A stretch of 52,852 bases of DNA, taken from positions 1 through 52,852 of the forward strand of contig JAWCLD010000001.1 of the NCBI GenBank assembly GCA_038851215.1. Reading direction: 5' to 3'. Below, piece by piece: positions 1-8,954 of this stretch; the stretch's first letter is position 1, and every line of letters begins with the position of its first letter. Source of the DNA: Candidatus Nanoarchaeia archaeon. GTDB lineage: Archaea > Nanobdellota > Nanobdellia > UBA10117. A program made the translations under genes and the position numbers. The notes below the pieces were generated by a model, which did no database searches, was not told the origin of the DNA, and saw nothing but the letters and a program-made list of their open reading frames with translations.

Positions 1-2245
1 TTGTTAGTGTTGTTGCCGTCTTATCAGCACATATACCCCTATAACCAGAGTTTATACCAACACCGTCAACAATATGTCCCTGTCCGTCAAATATGACATC
101 ACTTGAAGTAATGTTAATGCAGCACTCTGCGTGACTATTTAAAATATCCTGAGTTAGTGCATAATAGCCTGGTGTTGTAATATTTATGCAATTTGCTACA
201 TTAACAGAACCGACAAAGCCAAGAGGTGTAAATATACTGCCAAAATTAGTTATGTTTGCATAGACATAATTTGCTTCTGTGTTGACGCCGTAAGTTCCGT
301 CTGTAAATTCGTTAGGATCTGTAAACCACCCACTATTATTATGCTTAGCTATATTTAACTTGTTTTCATCAAGTTCTCCAAGCTCGTCTTCGTTATAGCT
401 TACATTTAGATAAAGCCATGAGCTTTCAGAATTATTTGTGGCTGTATTGTTTGTTAGAATGTTGTTGGAGCTGGAATAAAAGTAAATACCCTTGCTATCA
501 CTAGAATTAATGACGTTACCAGTAAATGTGTTATACCAACCATCGCCAAGTTCGATTCCGTTGCCTATACTTTTTGCAATAGTATTATTAGTAATGTTTG
601 TGTAATTCACATCCCATAATTCCATACCTTCCCAGTCGCTATAGTTGACATAATTATTCTCTATATTACTATAAACCAAAGAATCAAGTACTATTGCACT
701 ACCCCAACCATTTTTCTTAAGGTGTATAAAATTATTAGTAACATTTATGTAAATACCGTCGTCAACACAAATTCCCCAATTGGCTGAAAGCAAAGTATTG
801 TTTGCAATCGTTATATTAGTATTACCATTATAGCCGAAATCTATAGCATATCCAGCACCAGATATATTGTTATTTATTACAATGCTATTGTTCGCTTGAT
901 ATGCACCAATGCCTCGATCGTCGTTGTTAATGAGCGTGTTGTTTATTATCGTAAGATTAACAGAAAATCCATCTGTCTCTAAACCATTGCCATTATTGTT
1001 AATGATATTGTCTGTCAGGTTGTTGTTGGAGCTAGAATTAAGATAGATGCCATCATAAAAATTAGAAGAAACAAAATTATGGCTAATCAAACTGTTATTA
1101 ACGTTTTCCAACACTATACCAGCCTCGCCATTCGAGCTTGCAGTGTTATTATAGACTGTAACATTATTACTTTGTATAATTTTCAAGCCCGTTTTTAAGC
1201 CATAAGGCACGGAATTAAATATGTTGCTCGATATTGTACAATTTGTAATTTCAAGAAATACCGCATTATAATTACTATTACTACTTATATTATTGTTAAT
1301 AAAGTCCAAATTTGTGTATCTAGCATAAGTGCCATTCAGATTACTGTATATGTGATTGTCCGATATAGTTCCATTGACTATGCCTGAGGAAGAATCAGCA
1401 TAAAGGCCTAAATCATTATTCCATATCCTATTTGAGCTTATACTATATGTCGACAGACCAATAAGATCGTTACCAAGAACTAAGCCATAAGTATTGCTTG
1501 AAAGATTGCAATTCTGCAAAGTGGCTGTTTTAACGCCAAAGCCTACTCCTGTTCCCCAGTCTGTAACTACACAATTTTTTACAGTTACGTTTACTACTGC
1601 TCCGCCACCTTCATGCACGACATTAATGCCATAACTGCCAGTGTCATCGCCATCAATCGTATGATTTTGGCAATCCAACACAACATTTGAAGCATTAATT
1701 TTCATACAAGTATCTTGATTACTGTTAGAAATGTCTGCGGTCAAATAATAAGTTCCTGCAGCACTAAGGTCAGAACAAGTACTTATGTCTGCTTGTAGCT
1801 CAAAACTTGGCTGTTCTTCTACTGCTGGCTCTGTTTTGGTAATTTTACCATAATAAATTTCATAAGTGATGCTTTGCTGTTGTTGGGTTTCTGTCTGTAT
1901 TTCAAAAGTGGGTTCAATTTGTTTGTAAATTACATTATCAAAGATCACATCGGTTTCTGTACAAAGATTATCTGAATCGTAAATCTCATTTGTAGTTTCA
2001 AATAAAATAGCTTGGCCGTTTGCTTCTATGTAAATGCCTTCCTTGCAACTCGCCGGCTTATATCGACCAAATACAATGTGTTGTATAATTTTTTCTTGCG
2101 ATGAATTTGCAGCTATTGTAATGTGGTTTTCCCACTCTTGGCCATCGGCGGAGTAGCCTGCAAGACCAGTAAAGCTTGGTTTATACGTAAAGACCAATAA
2201 TACAAGACTAAAAATTATCACAAGGGCTGTAAACAATACTATCAT
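1..2245 (-). CDS. Partial (C-terminus runs off the window) membrane-anchored surface protein with right-handed parallel beta-helix (PbH1/NosD-like) repeats
   Basis: Absent from the ORF track because no stop lies inside the window. Reading the reverse complement from ATG 2245..2243 gives MIVLFTALVIIFSLVLLVFTYKPSF (hydrophobic anchor). Asn/Ile/Gly-rich ~22-residue repeats follow (ISSNSNYNAVFLEITNCTISSN, ITIANNTL, INVTNNFI). A second module head (TTPGYYALTQDILNS..CINITSSDVIFDGQGHIVDG) echoes the first (SAAGTYYLTADISNS..CMKINASNVVLDCQNHTIDG). The frame appears open to position 1 (hand translation). Confidence 0.7.
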   Translation of the reverse strand, partial: MIVLFTALVIIFSLVLLVFTYKPSFTGLAGYSADGQEWENHITIAANSSQEKIIQHIVFGRYKPASCKEGIYIEANGQAILFETTNEIYDSDNLCTETDVIFDNVIYKQIEPTFEIQTETQQQQSITYEIYYGKITKTEPAVEEQPSFELQADISTCSDLSAAGTYYLTADISNSNQDTCMKINASNVVLDCQNHTIDGDDTGSYGINVVHEGGGAVVNVTVKNCVVTDWGTGVGFGVKTATLQNCNLSSNTYGLVLGNDLIGLSTYSISSNRIWNNDLGLYADSSSGIVNGTISDNHIYSNLNGTYARYTNLDFINNNISSNSNYNAVFLEITNCTISSNIFNSVPYGLKTGLKIIQSNNVTVYNNTASSNGEAGIVLENVNNSLISHNFVSSNFYDGIYLNSSSNNNLTDNIINNNGNGLETDGFSVNLTIINNTLINNDDRGIGAYQANNSIVINNNISGAGYAIDFGYNGNTNITIANNTLLSANWGICVDDGIYINVTNNFIHLKKNGWGSAIVLDSLVYSNIENNYVNYSDWEGMELWDVNYTNITNNTIAKSIGNGIELGDGWYNTFTGNVINSSDSKGIYFYSSSNNILTNNTATNNSESSWLYLNVSYNEDELGELDENKLNIAKHNNSGWFTDPNEFTDGTYGVNTEANYVYANITNFGSIFTPLGFVGSVNVANCINITTPGYYALTQDILNSHAECCINITSSDVIFDGQGHIVDGVGINSGYRGICADKTATTLT

Positions 2246-2280
2246 CGTTTTAACGCCTTTGCTAAATATTTGCTTTTGTT

Positions 2281-2490
2281 CTACCTTTTTACTGCGAGCC
2301 ATAAGTTAACCCCTGCTTTTTTCATTCTTTGAACTTTACCTTCTAGCGTAAGTTCTAACATAAGCTTTTCAGCAGTGTTCCAACTAATTTTTAAGGCGGA
2401 GGCAACCTCTGTTGTTGTAAGAATTGGCGATTTTTTTAAAAGCTCAAGCACACTACGCTTGTTCGCACTTAATTCGTTATGATTATCCAT
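2281..2490 (-). CDS. Small winged-helix DNA-binding protein (putative transcription regulator)
   Basis: 69 aa; SVLELLKKSPILTTTEVASALKISWNTAEKLMLELTLEGKV looks like an HTH plus wing. A TATA-like CTTTATATAG lies about 40 nt upstream. It sits 35 nt upstream of the beta-helix gene on the same strand. Confidence 0.55.
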   Translation of the reverse strand: MDNHNELSANKRSVLELLKKSPILTTTEVASALKISWNTAEKLMLELTLEGKVQRMKKAGVNLWLAVKR

Positions 2491-2541
2491 AGCAAAGGCC
2501 AGTATGTTATTGTTATGAAATATAGAATGACTATATAAAGC

Positions 2542-2712
2542 TTACTTTTTGCCTTTCTTTTCTAAATCTGCGGTATCTATTTCTTGCACCACATAACCTA
2601 TGTAACCACACTTGTCACAAACCCATTGCTCAGGAAGGAGCCAACCTGCAGCAGGGTTGCTTAAATATATATTAGGATTCTTGCACCTTGGGCAAATCGG
2701 AATTTTAACCAT
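2542..2712 (-). CDS. 56-aa zinc-ribbon mini-protein (CPRC...CDKC)
   Basis: Hand translation gives MVKIPICPRCKNPNIYLSNPAAGWLLPEQWVCDKCGYIGYVVQEIDTADLEKKGKK*. It is below the track size cutoff. Its ATG overlaps the taw1 stop by 8 nt, which suggests coupling. Confidence 0.45.
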   Translation of the reverse strand: MVKIPICPRCKNPNIYLSNPAAGWLLPEQWVCDKCGYIGYVVQEIDTADLEKKGKK

Positions 2713-3658
2713 TTAATTGCATATCTTTAGAAAAGATGATAACTCTACTTACAGTATCTTTATACCTTACAACATAGCCAGTAAGCTTGCTGATTTTTCT
2801 TGCAAAGCTTTCGAGATCTCGCATCGTAGGCATATTATCCTGCTTCAACCTTTGCCTAGATTCTCCAAGCCAAGTGTAGCCCTTAAATTCGACGAACTTT
2901 GGCTTTGCTAGCTTTATCAATTTGGCCCAACCTTTAGCGTCTTTCAAATTAAGGCCTTTTACTAAAGTCATTCTGAAAATTGTGCGTGCCTCTTTAAAAT
3001 CCTGCATCATCTTAAGCGATTCTACAACCTTTTTCCAGGCGTCTTTAATAAAAGGTCTTGCGATTTTTTGATAGTCTTTTGAATTTGTTGCATAAACAGA
3101 AATGTAAAGGTTTGTTGGTTCTGCTTTTTTTATTAACAACTCTTTTAGTCTATGTGGCATAGTTCCGTTTGTTACAAGAAAAGCTGTCATGCCTCTTCTC
3201 TTTATTTCCTTGATAAGCTCTGCGAGCTTTGGATAAAGGGTTGGTTCTCCATCGAGAGAAATTGCAACATGTTTTGGCTCTAGGGCTTCTTTGTACCTCT
3301 CAATTGTTGTTTTAGGATTACCCTTCCAACCGCTTAAAAGTTCGCGTTGTGCTTTTATCGCAGCATCTAAAATCTCTTTCGGCGAATCCCATTTGCCTGT
3401 TGATTTAAATCTCTCCTTACCAAAAGTTCTCCAGCAGAATTGGCAATTAAAAGTGCAAAAATCTAATGTGGGCGTCATTTGTAAACATCTATGTGAAGAA
3501 ACACCATAAAAGCCTTTGTAGCAATTTCTTTCTCCTCTTAAGACAGATTTTGTCCAGCGACAAATCTCAACACCGCTGTGCTTGTTTTTACCTATAACCC
3601 GATAGCCTGCTTTCTTATATCGCGCGAGTTGCTCTGGCGTAAACTTAGTGGGATTCAT
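2705..3658 (-). CDS. taw1: 4-demethylwyosine synthase Taw1/TYW1 (radical SAM)
   Basis: 317 aa. Carries a radical-SAM CxxxCxxC (CTFNCQFC) plus the upstream Cys cluster (EICRW..CYK..HRC) typical of TYW1, and a Wyosine_form-like C-terminus. Confidence 0.85.
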   Translation of the reverse strand: MNPTKFTPEQLARYKKAGYRVIGKNKHSGVEICRWTKSVLRGERNCYKGFYGVSSHRCLQMTPTLDFCTFNCQFCWRTFGKERFKSTGKWDSPKEILDAAIKAQRELLSGWKGNPKTTIERYKEALEPKHVAISLDGEPTLYPKLAELIKEIKRRGMTAFLVTNGTMPHRLKELLIKKAEPTNLYISVYATNSKDYQKIARPFIKDAWKKVVESLKMMQDFKEARTIFRMTLVKGLNLKDAKGWAKLIKLAKPKFVEFKGYTWLGESRQRLKQDNMPTMRDLESFARKISKLTGYVVRYKDTVSRVIIFSKDMQLNG

Positions 3659-3688
3659 ACTAGAAATGATGAGTGACGATTTAAAGAG

Positions 3689-4723
3689 CTAACGCTTTTG
3701 AAGCACCAAAAATTTCCTCGTTAAACCGCCGTGCACATACAAGGAAGACTCGAAAATAGTTTTCCAAATCCTATTGTTGACAAACTTTTTTGCTTTAATG
3801 TAGTGTGGATAAATTAATGATAGGAAATGCTTCGGCTTTAGCACTTTATTAGCAGTAGCAAAGAAACCTCTGTAAAGTGCGTTAATGCTTCTAGCGCCAA
3901 CTTTTGTTGATTTGCCATAGGGCGGATCTGTAGCAATTGCATCTATAGAATTTGGCTTAAATAACTTTTCTAATTCGAGCGCATTACCTTCTTGCACCTT
4001 TGCTCGAAGCTTATAGAATTTCAAATTCGTTTTCGAGCCTTTTACCATTTCTGCGTCTATGTCGGTGCCTATAGGTTTGCAGCCCAAGATTGCAGCTTCT
4101 ATCAGGACGCTGCCAGTACCGCAAAAAGGATCCAACAAAGTTTGATTTTTTTTCGCTCTTGAAAGATTTACCAAAAGCCTGGCAAGCTTTGGCTTTAAGG
4201 ACGTTGGATGAAAGGCTGGCTTCTTTATTGGCTCTCGCTGCACAAATCGGCCTTTGCTAGCGCGCCATAGCAACTTTGCTACATATACCTTACCATCCGT
4301 TATAACAAAAAGAACTGTTGTTTTTGGATTTTCTAAAGAGACTAAAGCGGATGGCGTTTTGCCTCTTTCGTGAATTAGGTGATGGTAAATCGGACCTGCA
4401 AGCCTTGCCTCCAGCCTTGGCGCGGCAAGGTTTGTTAGGTCTATAACTCGAACGCAAAAAGGCGCCTTAACAAATGACCAATTAACTTTGTCGAGCTCTA
4501 CTAGCATTAAAGATTTTAGCTCTTTAATCACAAGGCTGGCTAAATGCAAAAATGCACTTCTTTCAGAGATCTTTTTAACGAAATCTTCAGATACGTTTGC
4601 CTTTACGAGAAGAAAATTATTGAAGCGCTTTTTTATGATAAATTTGCGTGGATAAAAAAGTGCTTCCAGCTCTTGCTGGGCTAAATCTAGACTTTCGCCA
4701 GATAGCTGAAAGAGATAGTGCAT
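3689..4723 (-). CDS. trm11: THUMP-domain tRNA (guanine-N2)-methyltransferase, Trm11/TrmG10-like
   Basis: 344 aa; an N-terminal THUMP-like region is followed by SAM motif I LLDPFCGTGSVLIEA and the catalytic DPPYG. Confidence 0.75.
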   Translation of the reverse strand: MHYLFQLSGESLDLAQQELEALFYPRKFIIKKRFNNFLLVKANVSEDFVKKISERSAFLHLASLVIKELKSLMLVELDKVNWSFVKAPFCVRVIDLTNLAAPRLEARLAGPIYHHLIHERGKTPSALVSLENPKTTVLFVITDGKVYVAKLLWRASKGRFVQREPIKKPAFHPTSLKPKLARLLVNLSRAKKNQTLLDPFCGTGSVLIEAAILGCKPIGTDIDAEMVKGSKTNLKFYKLRAKVQEGNALELEKLFKPNSIDAIATDPPYGKSTKVGARSINALYRGFFATANKVLKPKHFLSLIYPHYIKAKKFVNNRIWKTIFESSLYVHGGLTRKFLVLQKR

Positions 4724-4890
4724 TAGCGTCGCTTTCGTATTTCGAGCTTGTGCAGTATCTTATCGAGATGCTCTTCCATTCGCTCTATTCTTCTGTCAAT
4801 CACGACGATATACTTTAAGCTCCAGATAACTCCGACTAGAAGGCCTAGAATTGTGGCCCAAATTATCAACTCACCAGCTTCAACTGCCAT
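4723..4890 (-). CDS. 55-aa single-pass membrane mini-protein
   Basis: Hand translation gives MAVEAGELIIWATILGLLVGVIWSLKYIVVIDRRIERMEEHLDKILHKLEIRKRR*. Its TAA overlaps the trm11 ATG (TAATG). Confidence 0.35.
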   Translation of the reverse strand: MAVEAGELIIWATILGLLVGVIWSLKYIVVIDRRIERMEEHLDKILHKLEIRKRR

Positions 4891-5005
4891 ATTAGTTCAA
4901 ACTAAAATAGAAGTATAAAAAGGTATGCTGTCACTTGCCTTAAACTCTGTTGAATGCGCTGGGCAGCATAATCTGGCATTTAAAAGAGATTGTCGAGTTA
5001 GGAGC

Positions 5006-5425
5006 TTATAGCTCTTCATCTATATCTGTTGTTTCTGTACTTTGAGCTGCTGACTTTGGCGTGCCTGTGCCTGCTCTCCAAACCCTAGCGAAGCTTGGCG
5101 TTACCACTAAGAAATTCTCGCCGAAACCTGCAATGTCGCCTTCGTTTGCCTCAACAGTTTTCTTTATTTTATCAATAGCTCTTTTTAATTCAGCAAGATC
5201 TTTATCCTTCAACGGTTCTATATTGATTATTGAAATAGTATAACCTTCTCTAACGCATTGCAAAATATCTTTAATATCATCAAATTTTTCTAAAGTAAAA
5301 GGTCTAACGACAACCTTAGACGCCTGTTCTTTTATATCGGCTTCGAGCTCAACATAATCTTCGCCAAGTTCAACATCAGATTCCTTAGTAGTAAAAACTT
5401 TTTTCAGATTGTCAAGTATTGCCAT
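5006..5425 (-). CDS. sepF: Cell division protein SepF (archaeal FtsZ anchor)
   Basis: Matches the SepF/DUF552 pattern: VVVRPFTLEKFDDIKDILQCVREGYTISIINIEPL..LKRAIDKIKKTV..GDIAGFGENFLVVTP. I prefer the start at MAILDNL (5425) over the track start at 5461. Confidence 0.7.
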   Translation of the reverse strand: MAILDNLKKVFTTKESDVELGEDYVELEADIKEQASKVVVRPFTLEKFDDIKDILQCVREGYTISIINIEPLKDKDLAELKRAIDKIKKTVEANEGDIAGFGENFLVVTPSFARVWRAGTGTPKSAAQSTETTDIDEEL

Positions 5426-5540
5426 GTTACTCCTCTTTTCTTTGTTACTGTCAAATAACACAACAATATAAGCTTTTTGATATTGCAGTAGCTAAATGCA
5501 ATTGGAATTAACGAAAACAATGTTTTGCAATATAGGCAAT

Positions 5541-7148
5541 TCAGCTCGCAGAAAAACTGATTTCCAATCCTTTTAATAAGGCGTCTTCAATTAAACTGCC
5601 AAGCTTCGACTTCTTATGAATTTTTATTTCCCCACTACGAGGCACTGATAATTTTGTAACAGATTGTCCCGCAATTTCAAGATTTACAAAGCGGACAGGT
5701 CTTGTTAAGTAAAAGCTAATATACTTTTTAGCCTCCTTTACTTTGTATGGGATTGTGCCAATTGCGAGAATTTCTTGTTTTCTTTTTGTTTTTATTGGCA
5801 CTATAACAGTCTGCTCACCGTAAGTATAGATCTCAAACTCAAGTTCTTTTGTCTCTAGATCTCGTACTTCTACTACTGGTCGGGCAAGATCCGCTTCTGT
5901 CATTCCTGTTGGTACTTTAACTTTCATTGTTAGCTCTAAAACTTTGGCAACTTTACCATCTTCAATAAATATTATTGTGTCGATAATAGATGGCATCATT
6001 CCGAGCTCAATGCGACCAACAAATCTCTGTATAGCATCGATTGGGTTTGTGCCGTGTACAACTCCAACAAGACCAATTCCGGCAAGACGTAGATCGGCAT
6101 AAAGCTTGAAATCCTCGGTTACACGCATTTCGTCAAAGAAAGTATAATCTGGTCTTGTCAACAACATTACATTGTGAATGTCATCTCTATTGCCAAGATT
6201 TTTTGAATACTGAACGACTTCATCAGGGACTTGCAAATCTCGCGGACTTTCGATTGTCTTTACAATTTTGCCAAGCTTCAGATAGAATTTCGCCAAGGCA
6301 GAGGCAAAAGTTGTCTTGCCTGAGCCTGGCGCACCTGAAATTAAGATTCCTGCAGTGTTTCTGCTAAGTCTCTCTCGTAGTGCTGTTGGCAACTTGTAAT
6401 CTTCTATTTCTAGAACTGCAATAGGTCGTACTGCAGTAAGCTCCCAGCCATCAGAGAAAGGCGGTTTAGTTATAACAATTCTGAAGTTTTTAAACTGTAT
6501 AATTGTCACAGCCGGAGTATTCAGTTCGATGAAGGCGTTCTCTGCCAACTTCGTTTTTTCAATTATATCTGAAGAAAGCAATCTTATATCATGGCCAGAT
6601 AACGCTTCTTTTTGTAAGTTAACGAAGGACCAAGCACCCGGTCTACCTTTCTTTGCAATCGGAATTGTATTTTCCTTTAAATGAATCGACATTGTTTCAG
6701 CATCAAAGAATTTTTCTATATCGAGTTTGCCAACTTCCCTTATTGGCAGGGGTGTAAGTAGCATTACAGAGATGCCAAGCGCTTCTGCAACTAGAGCTTG
6801 TACTCTGTCTGCTGTTATCAACGTACCTTCTCTTTGTACTGCTATATCCCTTATAATATCATCAATTGCGCCTGCTTTTGCACCTTTTATGTAAGCCTCA
6901 ACAGGTTTAGCGCCTGCGAATTGAATAGAAATTTTTTTTGTTTCTGCAGCAATTGCCCGTAGTTCTTTTATTTCTTCTAAGCCAAGAAAACCTTCAGTTT
7001 GGTTTGTGTTTGCTTGGTGTTCCAGCTCTGCAAGGACTGCGTTAGGTATGATTATCTCACCTGAAATTTTATCTTTCTTAACCAAGTCGGATACTTGCCG
7101 TTCAATAAGAACGGAAGTATCTACGACATATACTTTTTTGTCTTTCAT
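5541..7148 (-). CDS. PIN-domain / PilT-like ATPase / KH-domain protein (COG1855-type)
   Basis: 535 aa with an N-terminal PIN (VVDTSVLI..), Walker A GAPGSGKTT, and a C-terminal KH-like region. Confidence 0.7.
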   Translation of the reverse strand: MKDKKVYVVDTSVLIERQVSDLVKKDKISGEIIIPNAVLAELEHQANTNQTEGFLGLEEIKELRAIAAETKKISIQFAGAKPVEAYIKGAKAGAIDDIIRDIAVQREGTLITADRVQALVAEALGISVMLLTPLPIREVGKLDIEKFFDAETMSIHLKENTIPIAKKGRPGAWSFVNLQKEALSGHDIRLLSSDIIEKTKLAENAFIELNTPAVTIIQFKNFRIVITKPPFSDGWELTAVRPIAVLEIEDYKLPTALRERLSRNTAGILISGAPGSGKTTFASALAKFYLKLGKIVKTIESPRDLQVPDEVVQYSKNLGNRDDIHNVMLLTRPDYTFFDEMRVTEDFKLYADLRLAGIGLVGVVHGTNPIDAIQRFVGRIELGMMPSIIDTIIFIEDGKVAKVLELTMKVKVPTGMTEADLARPVVEVRDLETKELEFEIYTYGEQTVIVPIKTKRKQEILAIGTIPYKVKEAKKYISFYLTRPVRFVNLEIAGQSVTKLSVPRSGEIKIHKKSKLGSLIEDALLKGLEISFSAS

Positions 7149-7154
7149 ATAATA

Positions 7155-7505
7155 TCAAGCTAGCCCGCGAGCCTTCTTGACTAACTCCAAGAAAGATTTT
7201 GTTGCTTTATAAGCATTTAGTGCAGCTTCTTTGCTGACAAGTGGTTTGATGGATAATTTCCACAAGTCAAGATAAGCGACAGAAAAGTCCTTTTCTTCTT
7301 TTGTTCCTAGAGAAAGTTTCTGGCTAGCCAGGATAGGACTTACGGAGGCCCCTTTGGGCAACTTTAGATACAGCATAACTAGCTTGTTTGCTGCGTTTAA
7401 TATGTGTTTGACGGCAGCATCAGGATAGCTTAATTCTCTATTAAGAAGATAATCTGCGTAGCGCAACTTTTCCTCGATTTCTGCAAAAAGAGATGAATCA
7501 GACAT
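7155..7505 (-). CDS. Hypothetical helical protein
   Basis: 116-aa ORF that overlaps the upstream ORF by 8 nt and sits 6 nt upstream of the PIN-ATPase gene. I recognise no motif. Confidence 0.45.
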   Translation of the reverse strand: MSDSSLFAEIEEKLRYADYLLNRELSYPDAAVKHILNAANKLVMLYLKLPKGASVSPILASQKLSLGTKEEKDFSVAYLDLWKLSIKPLVSKEAALNAYKATKSFLELVKKARGLA

Positions 7506-8004
7506 TTTTACCAGAAATTTTTATTAAACTTCTTTCTTTTTGTATTATGTTTGAAATCTCTGTGACAAACTTTTTGGTTAAATTTGAATATCGCTTAATC
7601 AGTTCTAAGTCCAAAACAGATAAATTTGATTCTGATGTTGATAAGATATATTTCTCACCCTTCTTGAACCTTACAACGGAGTCCTTATCAAATTTTTGTA
7701 TATCAAGCAGCTTTTGAAGTAGTTTGAAATACTTCACATCGAGCTTGTAACGAGGGGCAACTTTATTCTTATAGATACTTATCTCGGAGACAAAAGTTTT
7801 GTTATAAGCATCAAGCCTTTTGTAGTAGAACTCGAATTCTAGCAAAGCTTGAACTGCAAACCTAGCTGCATTTATAATATGTTCCATTATTGCAAGCAAG
7901 AATTTTGTTTCTAATACGAGTGGGTATGTAACGTAAATCATATGATCTGCTAGCTCGATCTGTTTTCTTGCTTGCTGTATTAGCTCAAGATAAGGTTCGC
8001 CCAT
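7498..8004 (-). CDS. Hypothetical helical protein
   Basis: The track ORF 7498..8094 runs into the tRNA gene. The internal start MGEPYLELIQQARK at 8004 avoids this. No motif recognised. Confidence 0.45.
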   Translation of the reverse strand: MGEPYLELIQQARKQIELADHMIYVTYPLVLETKFLLAIMEHIINAARFAVQALLEFEFYYKRLDAYNKTFVSEISIYKNKVAPRYKLDVKYFKLLQKLLDIQKFDKDSVVRFKKGEKYILSTSESNLSVLDLELIKRYSNLTKKFVTEISNIIQKERSLIKISGKNV

Positions 8005-8064
8005 TACCCACCAGCACCCATAAAATTTAAAGAAGGGTAAGAATAAAGCTTTTGCGCAAGGCGC

Positions 8065-8136
8065 GCCTCTGTAGCTCAGAAGTAGAGCGTCCACCTCGTA
8101 AGTGGAAGGTCGCAGGTGCGACTCCTGCCAGGGGCA
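8065..8136 (+). tRNA. tRNA-Thr (anticodon CGU)
   Basis: Cloverleaf drawn by hand: acceptor GCCTCTG/CAGGGGC (one G-U pair), D arm GCTC-AGAAGTA-GAGC, anticodon arm TCCAC-CTCGTAA-GTGGA, variable loop AGGTC, T arm GCAGG-TGCGACT-CCTGC, discriminator A. No encoded CCA. Confidence 0.8.
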
Positions 8137-8153
8137 CTAACTTTAATTACCAT

Positions 8154-8930
8154 ATGAAACCATTTGACGTACACTGTCACTTATACGATGAAAGTTTCAA
8201 TGCAGATAGAGTTAAAGTTATAGAAAAGGCCAGAAAAGTTCTCTCTGGCATTGTTGTTGTAGGCGAAGGCCCTAAAACAAATAGGAAAGTTTTAACATTA
8301 TGTAAAAATTATTCAAAGTTCTTATTTCCAGGGCTTGCTATACATCCCGACCATGTGTGGAAACTTTCAGACAAAGAAATTACAAATGAACTAAAGTTCA
8401 TTTCAGAGCAAAAAAATCTTGTTTGTATCGGAGAATGCGGCCTTGATTACAAATGGGCACCTGGCGAAAACTCTGAAGAATCTAAAGAAAGGCAAAAAGC
8501 AGTTTTTATTAAACAGATAGAATTGGCTAGAAAGTTAGATCTACCGTTAAATGTACATTCGCGTCGCGCAACTAGTGATGTGGTTAAGATTCTTAAAGAA
8601 AACAGGGCAAAAAAGGTTATCTTGCACGGATTCGTCACCACACCAGAAGAAGCTAGGAAAGCCACACGTCTTGGTTATAAAATAACAATAGGTACAACTT
8701 TGCTCTGGAAAGACAATAATCGACATTTAATATATTACTTAGAAAACTTTCCTCTTTCAACTTTTGTTTTGGAAACGGACTCCCCCGTCCTCGCCCCTAT
8801 AAGAGGGATGAGAAATGAACCCTCAAATATTTCTCTTGTTGTAAAAGAAATTGCTAAAATAAAGAAAATTCCTGAAGACAAAATAATTGAAATCACAAAT
8901 AAAAATGTTAGAGAATTATTCAAATTATAA
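8154..8930 (+). CDS. tatD: TatD-family metal-dependent hydrolase/DNase
   Basis: Starts MKPFDVHCHL (the HxH motif). Also has GECGLDY, LNVHSR, ILHGF and LETDSP motifs. The track start at 8052 overlaps the tRNA and is rejected. Confidence 0.8.
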   Translation: MKPFDVHCHLYDESFNADRVKVIEKARKVLSGIVVVGEGPKTNRKVLTLCKNYSKFLFPGLAIHPDHVWKLSDKEITNELKFISEQKNLVCIGECGLDYKWAPGENSEESKERQKAVFIKQIELARKLDLPLNVHSRRATSDVVKILKENRAKKVILHGFVTTPEEARKATRLGYKITIGTTLLWKDNNRHLIYYLENFPLSTFVLETDSPVLAPIRGMRNEPSNISLVVKEIAKIKKIPEDKIIEITNKNVRELFKL

Positions 8931-8954
8931 CTTTAGGCTTTATTATTTTATAGC

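Noticed and set aside
3666-3672. ATGATGA, a C-box-like word suggesting a C/D-box sRNA
   Set aside because: It lies in a 30-nt spacer between trm11 and taw1. There is no CTGA D box or C'/D' pair within sRNA distance.
4924-4970. Inverted repeat TATGCTG...CAGCATA downstream of sepF
   Set aside because: It is a 7-bp stem around a 33-nt loop in an AT-rich spacer. That is too weak to call an RNA or a terminator.
8052-8153. N-terminal extensions of the TatD ORF (8052) and of the minus-strand ORF (to 8094)
   Set aside because: Both run through the tRNA-Thr gene. Internal starts (8154 and 8004) give proteins that begin at the conserved regions.
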